Positions 29,409-38,708 of a DNA stretch of 64,000 bases are shown here, one piece after another; position 1 is the stretch's first letter, and the number at the start of each line of letters is the position of its first letter. Position numbers and translations under genes: made by a program. This DNA comes from Myxococcales bacterium (lineage in GTDB: Bacteria; Myxococcota_A; Polyangia; Polyangiales; DASUME01), in assembly GCA_047601445.1 (NCBI GenBank), contig JASGJH010000001.1, forward strand, positions 4,256,001 to 4,320,000, given 5' to 3'. The notes beneath the pieces were generated by a model. That model searched no databases and was not told the DNA's origin. It saw only the letters and a list, made by a program, of their open reading frames with translations.

Positions 29409-30437
29409 CTATGATGACGAATGCCACCGTTCCTGGCCGGTGCGCTCCACGCCAACGTTGGCTCGTGAGGGTCCACTCGTCAGGTTTCTGAGCAGGAACT
29501 CGCGCTCGTCTGCGACGATTCGCTCGAATCCCGCATCGGTGTAGTAATCGAAGTGCCCCAGCGGATAGCACACCAGCTGGACGTTGCGGCTGCGCAAAGC
29601 AGCCCGGACGGTAGCCGTCGCCGGCGCGATGGAGTCCTGCTCCGCGACCGCAACGAGCACAGGGACTCGTGCCTTGGCGAGCCGTAGCCCCGGTGCGTAG
29701 AAAGGTATGGTCAGGCCGATTCGTGCGCTCACCCGGTTCTGCCAGCGGCCCGAGGCTTCCACCTCCGGGGAAACTAGCTTCTGGTAGCCAGACTTCGAAT
29801 CCGGCGCGGACATCATGGCCAACTGACCAGGATGCCCAATCAAAGGAATATATGCCGGAGATCTCCCGAGCACGCCCCGCACCAAGTCGACGAGACCGGC
29901 CAAAAAAATACGAAGCGCCGTGAGCCAAGGAATTCTGAGTGCGCTGGCGAGACCGCTCGAGAAGGGGACCTGGGAAATGGCGGCCCGGATGCCGAGCTCT
30001 TCGGCGGCCAAGGTCATCACGTGCCCTCCTCCGAAGGAGGAGCCCCATATGCAGATTCGGCTCGGGTCGACGTTCGGAAGCGTACGTGCGAAGGCGATGG
30101 CTGCCCGGAAGTCTGCGAGCTGGCGCCGTATGGACAGAAGCTCACGCGGATAGCCCGAGCTCCCACCGTAGTGCCGATAGTCAAAGACAAGCACGGAGAT
30201 ACCCGCCTGATGGAACCGTCGCGCAAAGGCATCCAGACCGAGCTCGCGGGTCGCCCCGAAACCATGGGCCATCACGATGGCCGGGTGGAGGCCAGGCCCT
30301 CGCGCCGGGTACCACCAACCTGCGCAGCTCTCAGTGTCCACCTGAAAGCGCACTTCCTGACGCCCGCTGACATCACATGCTGTCGTCGTTCTGCTAACCA
30401 TGTCCGGCTCCCTCTCGGGCTCACGGGAGTGTCCCAT
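29409..30437 (-). CDS. alpha/beta fold hydrolase
   Basis: VMAHGFG, FDYRHYGGSSG, WGSSFGGGH, AEQD, GHFD; GGAGG RBS before ATG at 30437. Confidence 0.88.
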   Translation of the reverse strand: MGHSREPEREPDMVSRTTTACDVSGRQEVRFQVDTESCAGWWYPARGPGLHPAIVMAHGFGATRELGLDAFARRFHQAGISVLVFDYRHYGGSSGYPRELLSIRRQLADFRAAIAFARTLPNVDPSRICIWGSSFGGGHVMTLAAEELGIRAAISQVPFSSGLASALRIPWLTALRIFLAGLVDLVRGVLGRSPAYIPLIGHPGQLAMMSAPDSKSGYQKLVSPEVEASGRWQNRVSARIGLTIPFYAPGLRLAKARVPVLVAVAEQDSIAPATATVRAALRSRNVQLVCYPLGHFDYYTDAGFERIVADEREFLLRNLTSGPSRANVGVERTGQERWHSSS

Positions 30438-30478
30438 GACACCTCCAGCGCCCGTCCGCTGCACACCTCGAGATCTGA

Positions 30479-31489
30479 TCATTTCGCAACCAGGCCAAGC
30501 TCCCGTAGAAATGTCAGCTCCTCGGTGATCACATCGCCGAACAGAGGGCCGCTATACACATCGAAGTGACCGCCGCGAACCTCGTAGAGTCGCGCGCCCG
30601 TCGCGTTGGCGAACTCGCGAGCGGGCGCAGCGGGGGCGACCTGGTCATCCGTCGCAACCACCACGAGTACGGGTGGTTGTTCAGTTCGTTTCACGCTGTC
30701 GGGACTGTAGTTCGGCAGCTGCAACACGAAGCGGGCAGGAGTCTCGTTGGTCCACGGCGCGCCCCGAGGAAACAACGCAAGATACGCATCTCTCGTTCCG
30801 GGTTGAGTCATCAGCGCTATATCACCAGGGAGACCCACGAATGGAATGGTCACCGTCCTCTGCGCGCCGTCGGCGGTCGAGCTGACAGCTAACCCGGCCA
30901 CGTTACCAGTGTCGGAAGCTGCAGACGACGCGGGGCCGTTCACATGGGGCACCTGGGAGATCACCGCGGCCACGCCAGGCAATGTGGCGCTGACGGTCAG
31001 TACATGACCGCCAGAGAACGACGTCCCCCAGAGGATGAGCTTGGCGGGGTCGATGCCAGACAGGCCGGTGGCGTACGCAATGGCCGCACGCCAGTCCTCG
31101 AGCTGATGGTCCACATCCACGAGTTGGCGAGGCTCGCCCTCGCTCTCGCCGAAGTGGCGATAGTCGAACGCAAGCACGGTCACGCCCGCCGCGACGAATC
31201 GCTCGATGAACGGCGGAAGTCCCGCTGACACGAGCAGACCGAGACCATGCGCCATGACCATCACCGAACCATTGGCTGCGCCTGAACGCCAAACCTGGCC
31301 AGACACACGCTGATTGCCCACGAGGAAGGACACTTTCTCAGTCTTCGAATCCGAGCCCTCAGCTCCATTTCCGCCTGTGTCGCTGTCTTCCTGCGCACCC
31401 ATCGTGTCACCGACTGCACCAACTTGGCTCCCATCAGAGCATCCGAGCAGCAAGAACATCACAGCTAGAAGACGATAAGCTCTGGGCAT
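30479..31489 (-). CDS. lipoprotein alpha/beta fold hydrolase (paralogue of the downstream gene)
   Basis: LLGC lipobox, VMAHGLG, FDYRHFGESEG, WGTSFSGGH, TDD, GGHFD; GGAG RBS before ATG at 31489. Confidence 0.88.
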   Translation of the reverse strand: MPRAYRLLAVMFLLLGCSDGSQVGAVGDTMGAQEDSDTGGNGAEGSDSKTEKVSFLVGNQRVSGQVWRSGAANGSVMVMAHGLGLLVSAGLPPFIERFVAAGVTVLAFDYRHFGESEGEPRQLVDVDHQLEDWRAAIAYATGLSGIDPAKLILWGTSFSGGHVLTVSATLPGVAAVISQVPHVNGPASSAASDTGNVAGLAVSSTADGAQRTVTIPFVGLPGDIALMTQPGTRDAYLALFPRGAPWTNETPARFVLQLPNYSPDSVKRTEQPPVLVVVATDDQVAPAAPAREFANATGARLYEVRGGHFDVYSGPLFGDVITEELTFLRELGLVAK

Positions 31490-31596
31490 GTGCTTTCTCC
31501 GTGCGTAAGTAAGGAACTCATAGGCGACGCGTCCGCGAAAGTTCGGATGAGACCCTGCCAGGACGCGCACGGCGAGGGTTCGTCGGGGCGGATCGC

Positions 31597-32331
31597 TCAG
31601 GGGCAGCGTTGTGCGCAGACGCTTCCGATGACGGGGAGTCCAGTGATGCAGTTGCCCCTTAGCCCCATCGTGGTGCACACCGCGCCCGTCGTCGTGCACG
31701 CAGGGTCTCGTGGCGGTGCCGTATAAACTCCGCTGTTGATGGTGCACGATTTCTCGGCGATTACCTCGTTACCGAGAACCGACGTGGTGGTGCACATGAA
31801 CCCGCCAGACGTGGGGCACGGAGCAGTAGTACCAGCATCGCCCAAGTTCGGGATGCCGCCATCGGTGATGTCCACGATGAGCTCGCTGACGGTCTTGCAT
31901 TGTCCAGTCGGCTTCGCGTCGTCGGAGCACTTCTGGTATGTCTGGCCCCCCTCGCAGCGCGCATATTGGCCGTCGAGCATCGGAAGAGAAATACACACAT
32001 TCGTGAGCGCGCCGCCGTCTGCATCGGCTAGCTGAGCTTGGGTCATGCAGACTCCCGATGGCACCCCGTCCATACAAACTTTGTAGCCATCCTTCCCGTC
32101 GCTGGTCGTACACGCCTGCACCTCGAGGCTCGTGCCAGCGAGCGACATGCATGTTGCTTCGCCACCGTCGCCGTCTCCGTCTCCATCGCCGGGTGCATCT
32201 CCATCCCCATTCCCGTTGATGGCCCCGGCCTGTTTGGGAGCGGGATCGTCGCCACAGGCAATGAGCCCTCCGCCGATGAGAGTGAGTGCCATGATGGAAA
32301 GCTGAACCTTGCTAAGCACAGAACGCCGCAT
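31597..32331 (-). CDS. Cys-rich hypothetical lipoprotein
   Basis: MRRSVLSK...LIAC lipobox, GDGDGD linker, many cysteines in repeated small modules. Confidence 0.72.
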   Translation of the reverse strand: MRRSVLSKVQLSIMALTLIGGGLIACGDDPAPKQAGAINGNGDGDAPGDGDGDGDGGEATCMSLAGTSLEVQACTTSDGKDGYKVCMDGVPSGVCMTQAQLADADGGALTNVCISLPMLDGQYARCEGGQTYQKCSDDAKPTGQCKTVSELIVDITDGGIPNLGDAGTTAPCPTSGGFMCTTTSVLGNEVIAEKSCTINSGVYTAPPRDPACTTTGAVCTTMGLRGNCITGLPVIGSVCAQRCP

Positions 32332-32474
32332 GTTTGACTCCAGGTTGTCGAGCGCTCGAGCGCCCGCTGTCATCGTGGACATAGCTAGGACTGGACGGCC
32401 TCTTGCATGACGATGCCGACCAAGTGTCAATCCATGGCGACGAGGGGGAATCGCCAAGCCACACCGCACGAGCC

Positions 32475-33695
32475 TCAAAGGCATAGCTCGCCCGCGCAGA
32501 AGCAGTTCCACACGTCTCCGTCGCTCGGATAGTAGAGTCCGAAGACGTTGCACATCTGATCGCGGCCCAACTCCCCGAAGCTAACCTGAGTGTCGGTTGG
32601 GTTGTCGAACTCGCACTCGAAGCTGATGTAGTCGCCAGCCTTGACCGCCAGGTAGCCACTAGTGGCGCCCCATACCCCGGAATCGTCGAGGGGCGGGTTC
32701 TGGATCCGGGGCGTGAACAAGGCGTTGCCGGGCAGGTCCCAGTCCCTGGTCTCGTAGACCTTCACCGGCGTGCCTCCTTCGGGCTCATGCCAGACGGTGA
32801 AGCGGGTGCCGTTCTGGTGGAAGTGACCCGTGACCATGCCGATGTGCCGGTCACCCGGAACGAGACAACGTCCACGCGCGGTTTTCACGCCCTTGCTATT
32901 CGGGGGAACGTTGATGGCGCCCTGAAACATGGTGATCATATCGACCTCGTTGACCACAGTCTCTCTGGGCGTGGCCTTCAAGTAGATCCAGGCTTCGCGC
33001 AGGATCTCGCGATCCGTGGTGTTCACGTAGTGCAGGTCCAGACGCAGCAAAGAGTTCGGCAGGACCTTTTGGCCCAAGCCATAGTCGGGGTCTCCGGGCA
33101 CGGCGGGCTGGGCCTCCGATGCAATGCCGTCGGTCGACAGATCGATCTGCGGGTCCTGGGAGCCGAGCAACCAGCGCGACCCTATCGCCTCGCCCTGATT
33201 GCACGGCGCTGGCTCGCCCTCCACCACGCCTTGAGGAAGTTCCGACGGCATGGTCACGATCAGGTGGTGGGAATAGGGGCGCATGCGGCCGCTGTAGCGC
33301 TTGAGGTAGACCGGCTCGGTGTTGGTCGTACGCACGTAGACGCAGTTCTCGGCCTCAGCAAAGGCGCCCAACGTGTACTTCTTGATCTCGGTGGGATCCT
33401 TGTAGTCCGCGGGGCCGTAGTGAAGCAGCAGGCCATCCTCGGAGCTTGCGGGCTGGCAAACCGCCAGGTCATCGCCTTCGTAGCCGGTCTTGACAGGGCA
33501 CAGGGGAGCGCCGTGCTGATCCGTGCAGCGCACCGCACCGTCCACACAGTCGCCGCCGTAGCGGCCAATGCCGTGCTGCTGGTTCGCCCCGTCCTGCTCA
33601 ACCTTGTCGCGCTCGCTGACCTCGCGTCCGTCTCCGCAGGCTGACGCCCCCAGAACGAAGCACAAGACGCTGCTCGACCTCCAAGCCTTGTCCAT
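32475..33695 (-). CDS. copper type II monooxygenase-like lipoprotein
   Basis: ASAC lipobox; SHHL, LHYVN, GHFH, DQMC copper-ligand motifs; GGAG RBS. Confidence 0.72.
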   Translation of the reverse strand: MDKAWRSSSVLCFVLGASACGDGREVSERDKVEQDGANQQHGIGRYGGDCVDGAVRCTDQHGAPLCPVKTGYEGDDLAVCQPASSEDGLLLHYGPADYKDPTEIKKYTLGAFAEAENCVYVRTTNTEPVYLKRYSGRMRPYSHHLIVTMPSELPQGVVEGEPAPCNQGEAIGSRWLLGSQDPQIDLSTDGIASEAQPAVPGDPDYGLGQKVLPNSLLRLDLHYVNTTDREILREAWIYLKATPRETVVNEVDMITMFQGAINVPPNSKGVKTARGRCLVPGDRHIGMVTGHFHQNGTRFTVWHEPEGGTPVKVYETRDWDLPGNALFTPRIQNPPLDDSGVWGATSGYLAVKAGDYISFECEFDNPTDTQVSFGELGRDQMCNVFGLYYPSDGDVWNCFCAGELCL

Positions 33696-33887
33696 GTCTT
33701 TCTCCACACTCGCAATATTCAAGTCGGAGGTGAGGGCCGTTCGTATGATGCAGTTGACGACAACGTCCGTACTGATCGCGCCAGCTCAATCCCTTCGAAA
33801 GCGCCGAGGTCGGCCCCTGCCCTGCCGTTCCGTGCCGTCACACGCGTGGTCTAACCGGACGGACACTCACTGCGACGAACGAAGACC

Positions 33888-34931
33888 TCAAAAGATTGGC
33901 GAGCACTCGACGCCGACCGACACGTTGTGAGCTTCGCCGCCGCGTAGAGTCACGCAAGCCTTCCCTTGCACCGAGACGGACTGCATGTCCTCTCCTACGA
34001 CCCAGCCATCGGGACCGTCGAGGGGCAGCGTGCCGTTGTCGAGCTGCACCCTGACATACTTTGGATCGTCGATCTTCTGGTCGAGCTCGAACTTGCAGCT
34101 CCGGGCGGCGCCCACGACTTCCTGAAACTGCGCCACCAACGCTTGCTGATCACCGATGTCGCGGTGCGCCTTGTCGCCCGTAGCACCCGCCACGGCCATG
34201 CGATCCAGCGCGTCCTTCTCGGCCTGGCCGGCGATGTGATAGCCAAGCACGTAGGTCTTCACGTCGTCTCTCGCCATCGCCGTGATCGTGCCGATGCATT
34301 CGGTCACCATGGCCTCGTCCACGCCCCCAGCGGCGCAGTTCGGCGCGCCATCCGTGATCAGCACGACATACTTGGGCGGGATGACCTGCCCCATGTCGAA
34401 GAGCTCGCCACCCATCGCGCCCTGAGCCGTCTTGAGCGCCGCGGCCGTAGGCGTATTGCCCCAAGGTGCCAGAGTCGTGAGGAGGTTCTTGATGGCGCCG
34501 GCGTTGTTGGCCTTGATAGGAACATCCACGGCGCTCGCGCTGCAGGTAAAGCCACCAGCATCGGGAAAGACCATCAGTCCGAATTCGATCTCTTTCTCGA
34601 ACTTTGCGGTGACCGTCTGCACGGCGCTCACGGCGGGCTCCCAGCCATTGCCGATCATGCTCAAGGAGCGGTCGAACACCACGAGTATCCGCGGTCGGAT
34701 CGGAGAACTGCTGACCGAGTATTCCGTGCAGACCGCCGAATTGTCATCATCCGTGTCACGGCTGTCATCACCTGACGACGTCGGACCTTCGTCGGCCGGG
34801 GTACCGTTGCGGTCGGGCGGGTCGTCGCCGTCGCCTCCGAGTGGGTCCTGGCCGAGCGTGGGAGAAGGCTCGCTGCCGCAAGCTGAGATGAGGGTGAGCA
34901 AAGCAGGCAAGAGCAAGAGCTGAATCCGCAT
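33888..34931 (-). CDS. vWA-domain lipoprotein (paralogue of 3548..4726)
   Basis: ISAC lipobox, MIDAS DRSLS, GNTPT, LITDGAPNC, similar C-terminal SC...C domain. Confidence 0.82.
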   Translation of the reverse strand: MRIQLLLLPALLTLISACGSEPSPTLGQDPLGGDGDDPPDRNGTPADEGPTSSGDDSRDTDDDNSAVCTEYSVSSSPIRPRILVVFDRSLSMIGNGWEPAVSAVQTVTAKFEKEIEFGLMVFPDAGGFTCSASAVDVPIKANNAGAIKNLLTTLAPWGNTPTAAALKTAQGAMGGELFDMGQVIPPKYVVLITDGAPNCAAGGVDEAMVTECIGTITAMARDDVKTYVLGYHIAGQAEKDALDRMAVAGATGDKAHRDIGDQQALVAQFQEVVGAARSCKFELDQKIDDPKYVRVQLDNGTLPLDGPDGWVVGEDMQSVSVQGKACVTLRGGEAHNVSVGVECSPIF

Positions 34932-35180
34932 GAAGTCCTCCCAAGCAAGCGCGTCCCCGAGGAGGGCGCCAATTAAGTTTCACGTCAGTCGACCTCCGCG
35001 CGTCGCACGCTCTCCAGTGGGTATCGCGAGCGCAGGAATGACGGACGCCACTCATGATGCACTTGGCGCCAGCCATGAAAGGCCCAGCAGATGTCTGGCG
35101 CCATTGGGCGCACTATTGGCGGCTGGTTGCGCGCAGTACCGAGACCGATCGGGTAATCGTTTGAGGAGCGGAGGAACCTC

Positions 35181-36275
35181 ATGCAGCGGTCCGAGCCCGA
35201 GCTCGAGCAAGCAGTTCGAAACTCCACGGCAGCTCGCCGTGAGATCCAGGCTATCGCCGACGCGGCGCGGGCCCGGCATGGCTGGCTCGCCCACCAGGAT
35301 ACGATTGGACTCACCATTTTCCTGGTGAGCACGGGAGCAGTGCTGGGCGGCGCGGCCGCCTACGCCTATGGCGTTTTGCCCGCGTGGCTAGCGGTGGTGT
35401 CTGCGGCCTTCTTCATGTCGCTCCTGCACGAGTTGGAGCACGATCTGATTCATCGTCTGTACTTCAAAGACCATCCAGTTCTCTACGCCACCATGATGGT
35501 CGGCGTCTGGCTGCTCCGGCCCAGCACCATCAATCCCTTCGTGCGTCGAGACTGGCATCTTCACCACCATCGCGTCTCGGGCACCGCAACCGATCTCGAA
35601 GAGCGCGCCCTGGCCAACGGCGAGCGATGGGGACCGCGCCGACTGTTCATGACCTTCGACAGCTTTCTCGCCTTTGCGCTACGCCCGCGCACTGCGCGCG
35701 AGATGCTGCTGGGGTACGCGTCCGCCCAGAAACCCAAGACGCACGAGGAGTACATGCGAATCCGCCTGCGGAACCTATTCTCGCCTTTTCCGCTCGGTCA
35801 CCTGCACTTCGGAATCTGGTATCTGTTTCTCTTCGTCCACGCCCTGGGCCTGCTCTCGCCCTCCCTGGCGGCGTCGCTCCCAGACGTCGTCCAGCGTTCG
35901 ATGTCTACCGTGGATTTCCTGGTCGTAGTCCTGGTGATCCCCAATGTGCTGCGCTCGTTCTGCTTGCACTTCGTCTCCTCGAACATCCACTACTACGAGG
36001 ACATCGAGTCGCGAAACATCGTGCAGCAAACGCAAGTATGGTGCTCGCCGTGGGTCATCCCGCTGCAGCTATTCTGCTTCAACTTCGGCTCGACCCACGC
36101 CATTCATCATTTCGTGGTGCAGGAGCCCTTCTACCTGCGTCAGTTGATCGCTGGCGAAGCGCACAAGGTGATGCGCGAGCACGGAGTTCGCTTCAATGAC
36201 TTCGGCACGCTCCTACGCGCGAATCGCTGGACGCGGGTGCACCAGGGCGCGAAACGCCCTCTGTTAGTGCCGTGA
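35181..36275 (+). CDS. membrane fatty acid desaturase family protein
   Basis: Three His boxes HELEH, HLHHH, HAIHH; TM segments; GGAGG RBS. Confidence 0.9.
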   Translation: MQRSEPELEQAVRNSTAARREIQAIADAARARHGWLAHQDTIGLTIFLVSTGAVLGGAAAYAYGVLPAWLAVVSAAFFMSLLHELEHDLIHRLYFKDHPVLYATMMVGVWLLRPSTINPFVRRDWHLHHHRVSGTATDLEERALANGERWGPRRLFMTFDSFLAFALRPRTAREMLLGYASAQKPKTHEEYMRIRLRNLFSPFPLGHLHFGIWYLFLFVHALGLLSPSLAASLPDVVQRSMSTVDFLVVVLVIPNVLRSFCLHFVSSNIHYYEDIESRNIVQQTQVWCSPWVIPLQLFCFNFGSTHAIHHFVVQEPFYLRQLIAGEAHKVMREHGVRFNDFGTLLRANRWTRVHQGAKRPLLVP

Positions 36276-36365
36276 CAAAAGAGCGCCCGAGTCAGCCAAA
36301 GCATCAAGCGCGGTCAGCTCAGAGTCTTTGCAACAGTCGCGAAGCTGCACAATCATGAGCCGTGT

Positions 36366-37382
36366 ATGCGGGTGCGCCGAAGCGGATCGGTACTCTCCAG
36401 TTGGGCACGGATCGTCGTGGATGCTCTGGCTGCTCGCGGCCTTGACCCCGCGCCGGTGCTCAGCGCGGCAGGCTTCGCCGAAGACGCGTTCCGCGATCCG
36501 AACGCTCGCCACTCCATTGCTGTCACGGCTCGCCTCTGGCACCTGGCCGCTGCGCACGCGGGCGATCCGGCCTTCGGGTTGCAAGTCGCCAAGCATGCGC
36601 GCTTAACCTCCTTCCATGCTCTCGGATACGCCGTCATTGCCAGTGCCACGCTCGGCGAGGCTCTGGATCGCGCCGTCCGCTACTGCGAGCTCGTGGTCGA
36701 CGCAGGCACGCTCGAACTGGAGCACGTGGGCGAGGAGTCCATCCTGCGCATCATGACGAGGGCCGGCTACGAATCGGGTGGGATCGAGCTCCGCGACGCC
36801 CTCCTGTCGATGATCGTGCGCAGCATGCGCAAGCTGAGCGGCGGAGCGTTCGTACTTTCCAGGGTAGAAATTCGACGCCCACCCACCGCGAATCTGGCGG
36901 CTTATCAGCGATTTTTTGCCTGTCCGGTCACGCTCGCGGAGCACGACGCTCTGCATTTCGACCGAGCGCTGCTGTCCGCTCCCCTCGTCGCAGCGAACGC
37001 GGACTTGGCGCGATTCAATGAAGGAGCGGCTCGCGAGTATTTGCGGAGCATGTCGGCGCAAACGGTGGTCGACCGGGTGCGCGAGGCGATCATGGAGCGC
37101 CTTCCCAGCGATGTGTCCCCGGAGCTCATCGCACGCAAGCTCGGCATGAGCCTGCGTAGCATGCAGCGCAGCCTGCGCGAGCGGGAGACTAGCTACGAGG
37201 ACGTGCTGCGCGAGCTACGTCTAGAGCTGGCGCAGGCCCATCTGCGCGCCGGACGCTACTCGAACGCCGAGATCGCGTTTCTGCTCGGCTACGAGAGCCC
37301 GAGTGCGTTCTCCCGGGCGTTCCGCCGCTGGACTGGACGCTCGCCGTCTGAGTTTGCTCAACGCCGCCCGCCGCACAGCTGA
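36366..37382 (+). CDS. AraC-family transcriptional regulator
   Basis: GDPAFGL, ALGYAVIASATLGEAL, HTH IAFLLGYESPSAFSRAFRRWTG. Confidence 0.93.
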   Translation: MRVRRSGSVLSSWARIVVDALAARGLDPAPVLSAAGFAEDAFRDPNARHSIAVTARLWHLAAAHAGDPAFGLQVAKHARLTSFHALGYAVIASATLGEALDRAVRYCELVVDAGTLELEHVGEESILRIMTRAGYESGGIELRDALLSMIVRSMRKLSGGAFVLSRVEIRRPPTANLAAYQRFFACPVTLAEHDALHFDRALLSAPLVAANADLARFNEGAAREYLRSMSAQTVVDRVREAIMERLPSDVSPELIARKLGMSLRSMQRSLRERETSYEDVLRELRLELAQAHLRAGRYSNAEIAFLLGYESPSAFSRAFRRWTGRSPSEFAQRRPPHS

Positions 37383-37471
37383 ACGTCGTCGACAGTGCCG
37401 CAGACGAGGCCGTCCGCTTTTCTCTTGGCCGGCGCCTGCTGCGCCCGCGGCCGCCGTCGTTGAGCTCACCG

Positions 37472-38452
37472 CTAGTGCGTTTGCTCGCGCCGCAAGAACC
37501 GACCAGGGGTCTGGCCTGTCCATCGCTTGAATGCGCGATAGAACGCCGCGTTGCTGGAAAAGCCTAGCGACCGCGCGATTTCCGCGATCGCACGTCCTTC
37601 TCGTAGATATTGCTTGGCTCGATCAACTCGTGCGTTGTCGAGGGCTCGACGATACGAGAACCCTTCGAGGGCCAGGCGTCTTCGTAGCGTTCCGTGGGCC
37701 ACGCCCAGGTGGGTCCCCACGGACGCCAGGCTGGGCGAGGGCGACTGGAGCTTCTCGGCCTGTTCGAGGATCTGGCTTACCAGCAGGCCCGACGCCTTCG
37801 ATGCGCGAGCTTCCCTGCGCAGTCGGCTCGCCGCATGTCCCAGGGTCGCCGAGAGCTCTAGATCGGTGTGGGGCAGCGCGACGTCGAGCATCCCCCGTTC
37901 CAAGGCCAGCGCCTGCTTGCCGGCATAGAACTCCAACGGGCTCTGGAACGTGTCCATGTATTCCGAAGCGTAGCTCGGTGGAGGGTAAGCGAACGACAGC
38001 CGCGTGGGCGCTGCGGGAGCAACCTTGAGGTAGTCCTTGCGAATGCGCTCAACGAACGCGAACGTAAATTCGGTCCAAAAGCGCGTGGCCACGTTCGACT
38101 CCGATTGAACCCGGAGATGGAGCTCAGCACACTCCTCCTCTTCCGCCAACTTGACCGCCAGGCCTGTCGTGAGCAGCGGCACATTCCGCGCGAACGAGAG
38201 GAGTGCGCCGCGAACGCTGGCTGAGACCAGCATCACGTGTGCCACGACGTGCGTGGTGTAGAGCCGCGCGCGCGCACCGAGCCGTAAGCCAAGCCCTCCG
38301 CACCTTGATTGATTGACAAGCACCTCCAGAAACTCGTCGGCCTCCGGTCCGATCAGGTCACGCTCCAGGGCGAGCGGGGATGCGACGACCACGCCGAGTA
38401 TTCGCTGCGTCTCGGCCACAAGTGCCTGTGCGAACGAGCTCGAGACCCTCAT
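37472..38452 (-). CDS. AraC-family transcriptional regulator
   Basis: GLGLRLG, SASVRGAL, HTH IARSLGFSSNAAFYRAFKRWTGQTP. Confidence 0.88.
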   Translation of the reverse strand: MRVSSSFAQALVAETQRILGVVVASPLALERDLIGPEADEFLEVLVNQSRCGGLGLRLGARARLYTTHVVAHVMLVSASVRGALLSFARNVPLLTTGLAVKLAEEEECAELHLRVQSESNVATRFWTEFTFAFVERIRKDYLKVAPAAPTRLSFAYPPPSYASEYMDTFQSPLEFYAGKQALALERGMLDVALPHTDLELSATLGHAASRLRREARASKASGLLVSQILEQAEKLQSPSPSLASVGTHLGVAHGTLRRRLALEGFSYRRALDNARVDRAKQYLREGRAIAEIARSLGFSSNAAFYRAFKRWTGQTPGRFLRREQTH

Positions 38453-38708
38453 ATTTGAGCATCCTAAGCCAAGGGCTTGGTAGTGGCACTGACCGACCAC
38501 GGAGACTGTGATTGACAGCGGCGATTACTCGGCGGGTTGCGCGGCACTCCATTCGAGCGCAGTAGCAGCGCGGTCACGAGGGAGTGTCTTGGCGGCAACT
38601 GCGACCACGAGGGAAGTATCGTAGGGTCGCGTCGCTCTCAAAGACTGTCGTGGCGAATGCTCTGTGTTCGCCACGAGCTTCTTCGTTGAGGGCCACTGGA
38701 GATGGACG

